Below are positions 56,763 to 64,000 of a stretch of 64,000 nt of DNA, piece after piece. The notes below the pieces were generated by a model. It was given only the letters and a program-made list of their open reading frames with translations, was not told the origin of the DNA and ran no database searches. The translations under genes were made by a program, and so were the position numbers. Location of the stretch: positions 59,185 to 123,184 of the forward strand of contig JBBQEI010000002.1 of the NCBI GenBank assembly GCA_038320545.1. Direction: 5' to 3'. Source of the DNA: Bacteroidales bacterium. Its GTDB lineage: Bacteria > Bacteroidota > Bacteroidia > Bacteroidales > JAAUTT01. How positions within the stretch are numbered: position 1 is the first letter of the stretch; each line of letters opens with the position of its first letter.

Positions 56763-58706
56763 TTAAATTTCTTTTAACTGTTTTGCAACTTCATTATTTA
56801 TAAAATCGGCAAACTCTTTCAGACCCATACTACCTTGGTCGCCTTCGCTTTGTTTACGCACCGAAACCAGTTCACCGGCCTCTTCTTTTTCGCCTATAAC
56901 AAGCATATATGGTATCTTTTTCAGCTCGTTATCGCGTATCTTCTTGCCAATCTTTTCGTTCCGGTCGTCTAATAAGGTGCGAATATCGGAATTATTTAGA
57001 AAATTCAAAACTTTTTTTCCGTATTCATTGAATTTTTCGCTGATTGGCATAATAACTACCTGATCAGGACTCAACCAAAGTGGAAATTTTCCTGCGGTAT
57101 GTTCTATTAAAACGGCTACAAAACGTTCCATGGAACCAAAAGGGGCACGATGGATCATTACCGGACGATATTTCTGATTATCGGCACCCATATATTCTAA
57201 TTCAAACCTTTCGGGAAGGTTATAATCGACCTGGATTGTGCCCAATTGCCATTTACGTCCAATTGCATCCTTGATCAGGAAATCAAGCTTAGGGCCATAA
57301 AATGCTGCTTCGCCTAATTCTACAATAGTTTTCAAGCCTTTTTCGTTTGCGGCTTCGATAATTGCACTTTCAGCTTTTTCCCAGTTTTCGTCAGAACCAA
57401 TATATTTTTCCTTATTGTTAGGATCGCGCAATGAAACTTGTGCTATATAATCTTTAAAATCGAGTGCTTTAAAAATACGGAAGATAATATCTATTACTTT
57501 GATAAATTCTTCTTTGATCTGATCGGCCCTGCAGAATAAATGCGCATCATCCTGAGTAAATCCTCTTACCCTGGTTAATCCATGGAGCTCGCCACTTTGT
57601 TCGTAACGGTAAACGGTACCAAATTCGGCCATACGAACAGGTAAATCCTTGTAAGAACGAGGTTTTGATTTGTAAATTTCACAATGGTGAGGACAATTCA
57701 TCGGCTTGAGCAAAAATTCTTCACCTTCCTGCGGAGTACGAATAGGCTGGAAAGAATCCTTTCCGTATTTTTCGTAGTGACCAGAAGTTACATAAAGCTC
57801 CTTTTGACCAATATGAGGAGTAATTACCTGCTCATAACCATATTCTTTCTGTACTTTTTTAAGGAAATTTTCGAGCAGTTCCCTGAGTTTGGCACCTTTT
57901 GGAAGCCATAAAGGCAGTCCGGCACCAACTTTTTGTGAAAAAGTAAATAGCTCAAGCTCCTTTCCAATCTTCCGGTGATCCCTTAATTTTGCCTGTTCCA
58001 GCATTACAATGTATTCTTCCAGCATTTTCTGCTTTGGGAAGGTAATACCATATATTCGGGTAAGCTGTTTGTTTTTTTCATTACCGCGCCAATATGCTCC
58101 GGCAATACTTAAAAGCTTAATCGCTTTAATGTACGATGTATCAGGTAAATGAGGCCCACGGCATAAATCGGTAAAATTCCCCTGGGTATAAAAAGAAATT
58201 GTTCCGTCGATTAAATCGTTGATTAATTCTATTTTATAAGGATCACCTTTTTCAGTGAAATATTTTAAAGCTTCATTTTTGGGAACTTCGCGACGATTGT
58301 AACTTGATTTAATTTTGGCAAGTTCCAGCATTTTACTTTCAACATGTGGCAATTCTGAATCAGAAATACTGCGTCCTTCGCCGAGATCTACATCGTAATA
58401 AAACCCATTTTCGATTGATGGACCAATGCCTAATTTAACGCCGGGATAGATTGCTTCAAGAGCTTCGGCCATTAAATGTGCCGACGAATGCCAGAAAGCA
58501 TGTTTGCCCTCTGTATCGTCCCATTTATGGAACTTGACAGAAGCATCTTTATTAATAGGGCGGTGAAGGTCCCAGATTTCCTGGTTTACCGAAACTGAAA
58601 GTACATCATTAGCAAGACCGTGGCTAATGCTTTTGGCAATATCCAGACCAGTAGCTCCTTCATTATATTCCCTGACTGTTTGATCAGGGAAAGTGATCTT
58701 TATCAT
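56763..58706 (-). CDS. thrS: threonine--tRNA ligase
   Basis: 647 aa with the TGS domain start [14 protein letters not shown], the editing-domain [10 protein letters not shown] motif, class II core motifs and the anticodon-binding C-terminus. Confidence 0.97.
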   Translation of the reverse strand: MIKITFPDQTVREYNEGATGLDIAKSISHGLANDVLSVSVNQEIWDLHRPINKDASVKFHKWDDTEGKHAFWHSSAHLMAEALEAIYPGVKLGIGPSIENGFYYDVDLGEGRSISDSELPHVESKMLELAKIKSSYNRREVPKNEALKYFTEKGDPYKIELINDLIDGTISFYTQGNFTDLCRGPHLPDTSYIKAIKLLSIAGAYWRGNEKNKQLTRIYGITFPKQKMLEEYIVMLEQAKLRDHRKIGKELELFTFSQKVGAGLPLWLPKGAKLRELLENFLKKVQKEYGYEQVITPHIGQKELYVTSGHYEKYGKDSFQPIRTPQEGEEFLLKPMNCPHHCEIYKSKPRSYKDLPVRMAEFGTVYRYEQSGELHGLTRVRGFTQDDAHLFCRADQIKEEFIKVIDIIFRIFKALDFKDYIAQVSLRDPNNKEKYIGSDENWEKAESAIIEAANEKGLKTIVELGEAAFYGPKLDFLIKDAIGRKWQLGTIQVDYNLPERFELEYMGADNQKYRPVMIHRAPFGSMERFVAVLIEHTAGKFPLWLSPDQVVIMPISEKFNEYGKKVLNFLNNSDIRTLLDDRNEKIGKKIRDNELKKIPYMLVIGEKEEAGELVSVRKQSEGDQGSMGLKEFADFINNEVAKQLKEI

Positions 58707-58734
58707 CTTAAGGCATTTTTGAAAAAAAAGTACG

Positions 58735-58742
58735 CAAAGATA
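58735..58742 (-). promoter_or_regulatory. -7 box TATCTTTG (minus strand) for the thrS operon
   Basis: Plus strand caaagata, about 30 nt upstream of the thrS ATG at 58706. Confidence 0.4.
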
Positions 58743-58768
58743 AAGAAATATTCCTTACTTTCAGAACC

Positions 58769-58776
58769 TAAATTTG
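58769..58776 (+). promoter_or_regulatory. -7 box TAAATTTG for the DPP-IV gene
   Basis: Matches TAnnTTTG, 74 nt upstream of the ATG at 58850. Confidence 0.4.
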
Positions 58777-58849
58777 ATATGTGGAGAAAATTGATGTTTA
58801 ATTTTAGATAGGGTTAATGCGATTTTTGTAAAGTTTTAATAATATTTAT

Positions 58850-61024
58850 ATGACAAAGAAAAGTCTACTTATTTTATTCAGTATTTGTGTTTTTTATAAT
58901 GGTTTTGGCCAATCAATTGGCAAAGAAATATCGCTTGATGATATCTATTTAAACAGAAAATTCACTGTGGAATCAGTTGATGGATTTAATTCAATGAAAA
59001 ATGGAGAGAAATACACGACTCTGGATAATTATAGAAATATCATTATGTGGGATTACAAGTCTGGTAAGACCCTGGATACATTGATTTCCATTGTAAAACA
59101 AAATCTGGGTATAAAGTATATATATGATTATTCGTTCAATTCAGAAGAAAATAAAATTCTTCTGTCAACCAACATTGAACCTATTTATCGGCATTCTTTC
59201 AAAGCTGATTTTTATATCTACGATGTAAAGTCAAAAAAAATTGAACAGTTATCGAAAAACGGATTAATGCAGCTTGCAGAATTTTCACCTGATGGAAAAA
59301 GGATAGCTTTCTTCAGGGATAATAATCTTTTTATTAAGGAATTAAATTCTGTTGAAGAAATTCAAATAACTTTTGATGGAAAGAAAAATGAAATAATCAA
59401 CGGCGCTCCAGATTGGGTTTACGAAGAAGAGTTTGGATTTAACAAAGGCTACGTATGGTCTCCCGATGGCAGTATAATAGCTTACATGAAATTTAATGAA
59501 AGTAAGGTAAAAACCTATACTTTAACATATTTCGACAACTTATATCCTTCACTTTACGAATATAAATATCCTAAAGCAGGGGAAGATAATTCTATTGTGT
59601 CGGTTCATTTTTATGACATCAATACCAAACAAACTGTTAATGCTGATTTGGGTAAAGAAACAAATCAATATATTCCCAGATTAAAATGGACTGAAGATCC
59701 TTCAAAACTTGCAATTATCAGGTTAAATCGTCTCCAAAACAAGGTAGATGTCCTGTTAAGTGATGCAACTACTGGAAATTCTGGTATTCTGTTTTCGGAA
59801 ACCAACAAATGGTATATTTCGGAAATTAATGATACCTACATTAATTTTCTAAACGATAAAAATCATTTTATTATAAGTTCAGAAAGGGATGGATTCAGTC
59901 ATCTTTATTTATATAATATGTCGGGAGTACTTGAAAAGCAACTTACCAGCGGAATTTATGATGTTTCAGAATATATCGGGTATAATACAAATAGTAAAAC
60001 AATTTTCTATACCAGTTGTGAGGCTTCACCTTTAGAAAAAGCTGTTTATTCAATTAATCTGGATGGAAGTGGAAAACAAATATTAACACCACTACATGGT
60101 ATAAATAAAACAGTATTCAATAATACATTAACTTATTTTATAAATACCTATTCCAATGCAAATACACCTCCTGTTGTAACCTTATGTAACAACAAAGGAA
60201 AGGTTTTAAGAACTTTGGAAGAGAATACTACACTGGCAAAAGCAATAAAAGAATATAATTTCGCTAAAAAGGATTTTTTTGAATTTAATAATTCTGAAGG
60301 AATAACCTTAATGGGCTACATGATTAAACCCGCGAATTTTGATCCTTCAAATAAGTATCCATTATTTATGTTCGTATATGGTGGCCCCGAATCGCAGGAA
60401 GTTACTGATGAATGGGATGCATCCGTTCCATGGTTTCAGTTACTGGCACAAAAAGGATATGTAGTAGCTTGTATTGACAACAGAGGTACTGACAACAGGG
60501 GAGAAGCTTTCCGAAAGGCAACCTATATGCAGTTAGGAAAACTCGAAACTCAGGATCAGTTTTCAGCAGTTAAATATTTATCGGAACAAGCTTTTATTGA
60601 CAAAAGCCGCATCGGAATTTTCGGATGGAGTTATGGCGGGTATATGTCATCGTTGTGTTTAACCCGTGGCAATGGTTTGTTTAAAATGGGAATTGCAGTA
60701 GCCCCGGTAACCAATTGGCGTTATTACGATAATATCTACACTGAAAGGTTTATGCGTACTCCTCAGGAAAATCCTTCAGGGTATGATGATAATTCCCCAA
60801 TAAATTATGCGTCAGGATTACAAGGACATTTTCTTTTAATTCATGGTTCGGGCGATGATAATGTTCATGTTCAGAATACTATGACTTTTGCTGAAAAGCT
60901 TATTCAGTCGAAGAAACAGTTTGATATGATGATCTATCCTGATAAAAACCACGGAATATATGGAGGAAATACAAGAATTCAGTTATACACCAAAATGACT
61001 GATTTTATTTTAAAGTACCTTTAA
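58850..61024 (+). CDS. S9-family serine peptidase, dipeptidyl-peptidase IV type
   Basis: 724 aa with a signal peptide, a DPP-IV N-terminal propeller region (NGAPDWVYEEEF), the nucleophile elbow GWSYGGYM and HGSGDDNVH. Confidence 0.9.
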   Translation: MTKKSLLILFSICVFYNGFGQSIGKEISLDDIYLNRKFTVESVDGFNSMKNGEKYTTLDNYRNIIMWDYKSGKTLDTLISIVKQNLGIKYIYDYSFNSEENKILLSTNIEPIYRHSFKADFYIYDVKSKKIEQLSKNGLMQLAEFSPDGKRIAFFRDNNLFIKELNSVEEIQITFDGKKNEIINGAPDWVYEEEFGFNKGYVWSPDGSIIAYMKFNESKVKTYTLTYFDNLYPSLYEYKYPKAGEDNSIVSVHFYDINTKQTVNADLGKETNQYIPRLKWTEDPSKLAIIRLNRLQNKVDVLLSDATTGNSGILFSETNKWYISEINDTYINFLNDKNHFIISSERDGFSHLYLYNMSGVLEKQLTSGIYDVSEYIGYNTNSKTIFYTSCEASPLEKAVYSINLDGSGKQILTPLHGINKTVFNNTLTYFINTYSNANTPPVVTLCNNKGKVLRTLEENTTLAKAIKEYNFAKKDFFEFNNSEGITLMGYMIKPANFDPSNKYPLFMFVYGGPESQEVTDEWDASVPWFQLLAQKGYVVACIDNRGTDNRGEAFRKATYMQLGKLETQDQFSAVKYLSEQAFIDKSRIGIFGWSYGGYMSSLCLTRGNGLFKMGIAVAPVTNWRYYDNIYTERFMRTPQENPSGYDDNSPINYASGLQGHFLLIHGSGDDNVHVQNTMTFAEKLIQSKKQFDMMIYPDKNHGIYGGNTRIQLYTKMTDFILKYL

Positions 61025-61200
61025 ATTTACATTTCAGCATAGATATATTTTAAAACCTTTCTAAATAATTAGTTACAAGTTTACGATAATGATCTCAATT
61101 TATTGATGATGATGTTCATCACCAGGGATGGTGATAAATATTCTCCTTCCGGGGCAAGTTAAATCATTCAGAATGTATTGTATGTGTAATAACGAACCCC

Positions 61201-61208
61201 TAAATTTG
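61201..61208 (+). promoter_or_regulatory. orphan -7 box TAAATTTG between convergent genes
   Basis: A consensus TAnnTTTG with no downstream CDS. It lies about 200 nt upstream of the strong + strand terminator at 61404. Confidence 0.35.
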
Positions 61209-61283
61209 ACTTATAAATTTTAGTGTACAAAGTCATAAAGAATAAATATTTTTTGGGGGTTGAGCAAATTTAAATTGCTGTTA

Positions 61284-61349
61284 AAGAAGTTGATTAGTGC
61301 GGAGAGATTGATGGAGACTTCGCAGGGACATGGAAGAAGTTGATTAGTG
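61284..61349 (+). repeat. 16-nt direct repeat, two copies 50 nt apart
   Basis: aagaagttgattagtg occurs at 61284-61299 and again at 61334-61349. Confidence 0.85.
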
Positions 61350-61403
61350 TAGTTGAAACATGTACCTGCAGCAGTTAATTTAAAAATGCAAATGAAGGGA
61401 TAA

Positions 61404-61440
61404 ACCCGGATCGAGTAATCGATCCGGGTTTTTGGTTTTT
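61404..61440 (+). terminator. strong rho-independent terminator oriented for + strand transcripts
   Basis: Perfect 10-bp stem acccggatcg (61404-61413) with cgatccgggt (61420-61429), followed by tttttggttttt. On the minus strand (purL side) only a poor U-tract follows. Confidence 0.8.
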
Positions 61441-61442
61441 GA

Positions 61443-64000
61443 TTATTTATAAGTTTTTTGTTGAATCCACTTGCGGGCATTAAGAAAAGCTTCTATCCAG
61501 GGTGTCACTTCATCGGAAGTTCTGTTATCAGGATAATTTGCCCAGTTCCATGTAAAGATAGATCGCTCAAGATGCGGCATCATTACAAGATGACGACCAT
61601 CGGAAGAGCAAATTCCGGCAATATTGAAATCAGAGCCATTTGGATTACCCGGATAAGCCTGATATGAATACTTCATTGAAACATTATATTTATCTTCTTC
61701 CAAAGGTAAATCGAAACGTCCTTCGCCATGCGCAACCCAAATCCCTAATCTTGACCCTGCCAGTGTTTTAAGCATTACAGATTTATTTTCAGGAATATCT
61801 ACATTTAAGAAAATAGATTCAAATTTGTGGGAACTATTATGGCGCATTTTAGGTTTTTGCTCATGTTCGGAAGTAAGAAGTTCCAATTCTATCATTACCT
61901 GGCATCCATTACATACACCTAAACTCAATGTATCTTCTCTCTTATAAAAATTATCAAGTGCTTGTTTTGCTTTGGGATTATATAAGAATGCACCAGCCCA
62001 ACCTTTGGCTGATCCTAAAACATCGGAATTTGAAAAACCTCCCACAAAAACAATCATATTAATATCTTCAAGGTTTTCTCTGCCCGAAATTAAATCCGTC
62101 ATATGAACATCTTTAACATCCATACCAGCCAGGTGCATAGCATAAGCCATTTCGCGGTCGCCATTCACACCTTTTTCACGAATGATGGCTGCTTTAATTC
62201 CGGTTTTTACTGAACGATGAGGATCAATTCCCAAAGAATCTAAATTTCCTTTGAATGATGATGGGAATTTATATTGAAGCTCTTGATTTTTAAAATTCTG
62301 AAAACGTTCAAGGGCAAGCTTTTCAGTGCTTTGATTTTTGTCGAGTAGGTACGAAGTTTTATACCAGCTATCTCTGCAATCGTCAATGCTAAAACTTAAT
62401 ACTGTTTGTTTCGTTATAACCTTTAATTTCCTTTCAGTGGTTATTTTACCAATTTTTTGGAAAGCAATTCCATTCGACTTAAAGATATCTTCAACTTCCG
62501 ATGATAAATCAATCTGGATTACTATAGCCGGTTTTTCGGAAAACAATATTTTAACAGGATCAATTTCATTAAATACAGTCAAATCAATTTCCATTCCCGA
62601 CCAGTTGTTCCCAAAATTCATTTCTAAAAGAGAGGTAATCAATCCACCTGAAGAAATATCGTGTCCTGCAATAATTTTTTCTTCGGTTATAAGCTTTTGG
62701 ATAGTGTTAAAGGCTTTTGCAAAATATTCTGTATCAAAAACGTCCGGTGCAGTATCGCCAATTTCATTTAAAACCTGAGCAAAGGCGCTTCCACCCAATT
62801 CAAAACCCGATTTCGAAAAATCGATATAATAAATATAGCTTTCTCGTCCTGTTTTTTTGACAACCGGAGTTACACATTTTTTAATATCTGTAACTTCGGA
62901 TCCTGCTGTGATGATTACTGTTCCGGGAGAAAGAACAACATCCCCGTCAGGATATTTCTGGGTCATGGATAATGAATCTTTTCCTGTCGGAATATTAATT
63001 CCCAAATCAATGGCAAAAATGCTTGCGGCTTCAACAGCTTCAAATAAACGTGCATCTTCACCATTATTTCGGCATGGCCACATCCAATTAGCACTCAATG
63101 AAATGCCTTTGATATTGTTTTTCAGGGGAGCCCAAACAATATTGGTTAAAGCTTCGGCAATTGCCAAACGAGAACCGGAAGCGGCATCAATAAGCGCGGC
63201 GACAGGAGCATGTCCAAGCGATGTAGCCATACCTGCAGGTCCAGCATATTCCAAGGCAATAACAGCTAAGTTATTTAATGGAAGTTGCACACTGCCGGCA
63301 GTTTGTTGCATTGCCACACGACCTGTTACGGAGCGGTCAACTTTGTTGGTTAACCAGTCTTTACATGCAACAGCTTCCAATTGAAGTACCAGATCGACAT
63401 ATTCAGTTATTTTTGAGCTTTCGTATTGTAATGCAGGATAAATTGAATCGATTGAATTATCGCGCATTATTGTTTTTGGAGGATTACCAAACATGTCCTC
63501 TAATTGAAGATCGATAGGTTTGGTGTCGTTATTTCTGTCGTGAAATGTAAATTGCCTGTCGCCGGTAACTTCCCCAACAACATACATGGGAGCTCTTTCA
63601 CGTTCAGCAATTCTTTCCAGTGTGGGAATGTCTTTTTCTTTGAGAACCAGCCCCATTCTTTCCTGCGATTCGTTTCCTACAATTTCTTTGGCTGAAAGGG
63701 TAGGATCGCCAATCGGAAGTTTGTCAACGTAAACAATACCGCCGGTTGCATCAACAAGTTCTGAAAGACAATTTAAATGTCCGCCTGCTCCATGATCATG
63801 AATTGAAACTACAGGGTTGATATCGGATTCACTCAATGCCCTGATTGCATTAGAAACGCGTTTTTGCATTTCAGGATTCGAACGTTGCACTGCATTTAAT
63901 TCAATTGCATTGGTAAACTGTCCCGTAGCAACTGAGGATACGGCTCCGCCACCCATTCCAATACGATAATTGTCTCCGCCAAGTAAAACTATTTTATCAC
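61443..64000 (-). CDS. purL: phosphoribosylformylglycinamidine synthase (single-chain large PurL); N-terminal part lies outside the window
   Basis: The reading frame stays open upstream of the listed Met to the window edge (…DKIVLLGGDNYRIGMGGGAVSS…). The C-terminal glutaminase domain carries LGVCNGCQ and PHGEGRF-like (AHGEGRF) motifs. Confidence 0.95.
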   Translation of the reverse strand, partial: DKIVLLGGDNYRIGMGGGAVSSVATGQFTNAIELNAVQRSNPEMQKRVSNAIRALSESDINPVVSIHDHGAGGHLNCLSELVDATGGIVYVDKLPIGDPTLSAKEIVGNESQERMGLVLKEKDIPTLERIAERERAPMYVVGEVTGDRQFTFHDRNNDTKPIDLQLEDMFGNPPKTIMRDNSIDSIYPALQYESSKITEYVDLVLQLEAVACKDWLTNKVDRSVTGRVAMQQTAGSVQLPLNNLAVIALEYAGPAGMATSLGHAPVAALIDAASGSRLAIAEALTNIVWAPLKNNIKGISLSANWMWPCRNNGEDARLFEAVEAASIFAIDLGINIPTGKDSLSMTQKYPDGDVVLSPGTVIITAGSEVTDIKKCVTPVVKKTGRESYIYYIDFSKSGFELGGSAFAQVLNEIGDTAPDVFDTEYFAKAFNTIQKLITEEKIIAGHDISSGGLITSLLEMNFGNNWSGMEIDLTVFNEIDPVKILFSEKPAIVIQIDLSSEVEDIFKSNGIAFQKIGKITTERKLKVITKQTVLSFSIDDCRDSWYKTSYLLDKNQSTEKLALERFQNFKNQELQYKFPSSFKGNLDSLGIDPHRSVKTGIKAAIIREKGVNGDREMAYAMHLAGMDVKDVHMTDLISGRENLEDINMIVFVGGFSNSDVLGSAKGWAGAFLYNPKAKQALDNFYKREDTLSLGVCNGCQVMIELELLTSEHEQKPKMRHNSSHKFESIFLNVDIPENKSVMLKTLAGSRLGIWVAHGEGRFDLPLEEDKYNVSMKYSYQAYPGNPNGSDFNIAGICSSDGRHLVMMPHLERSIFTWNWANYPDNRTSDEVTPWIEAFLNARKWIQQKTYK

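Noticed and set aside
61220-61480. 86-aa ORF on the minus strand
   Set aside because: Its 5' end overlaps the 3' end of purL and it runs through the terminator hairpin and the direct repeats. It has no coding features.
1-64000. CRISPR arrays, rRNA genes, transposases, and phage or conjugation genes
   Set aside because: No regularly spaced direct repeats with unique spacers were found. The only tandem arrays are 6-9-nt units. No rRNA-like conserved stretches or recognisable transposase or phage ORFs appear in any frame of the ORF track.

Overview
AT-rich, gene-dense chromosomal segment with Bacteroidota hallmarks: a T9SS type-B sorting-domain cargo protein, many lipoproteins, GH26 and GH88 enzymes, and TAnnTTTG -7 promoter boxes. 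It is mostly housekeeping and core metabolism. In order: a partial CoA-transferase (missed by the ORF track), quinone oxidoreductase, GT9 heptosyltransferase, a sugar module (Zn-ADH, single-domain SIS isomerase, PfkB kinase, isochorismatase-like), two paralogous lipoproteins flanking corA, SDR, AKR, GH88, an RRM RNA-binding protein, TPR plus T9SS cargo, xerD, ppdK, MFS, GH26, cspA, acyl-CoA dehydrogenase, nhaD, metallophosphoesterase, dodecin, two tandem tRNA-Leu, an FMN glutamate-synthase-like protein, proS, a Tyr/Gly/Ser-rich lipoprotein plus beta-barrel, wbqC-larB-larC, DUF362 plus polyferredoxin, a decayed toxin-antitoxin/DUF4209 remnant, lepB, dapB, the thrS-infC-rpmI-rplT operon, DPP-IV and partial purL. 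I found no CRISPR array, transposase, phage genes or rRNA. Four things seem most worth a second look. (1) larC-larB (nickel-pincer cofactor biosynthesis) lies head-to-head with a Tat-exported DUF362 protein whose sequence shows a LarA-like His-x9-Lys...His spacing, followed by a membrane polyferredoxin; no larA or larE is in the window. This is a candidate orphan nickel-pincer-dependent periplasmic redox system. (2) Two families of structured, MITE-like intergenic repeats occur twice each; one has terminal inverted repeats and a swappable GC-rich hairpin cassette. (3) corA has a roughly 290-nt structured leader ending in a terminator-like hairpin. (4) A promoter-to-terminator unit between convergent genes is a candidate sRNA. 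All functional calls come from reading the translations by eye; no database search was possible.
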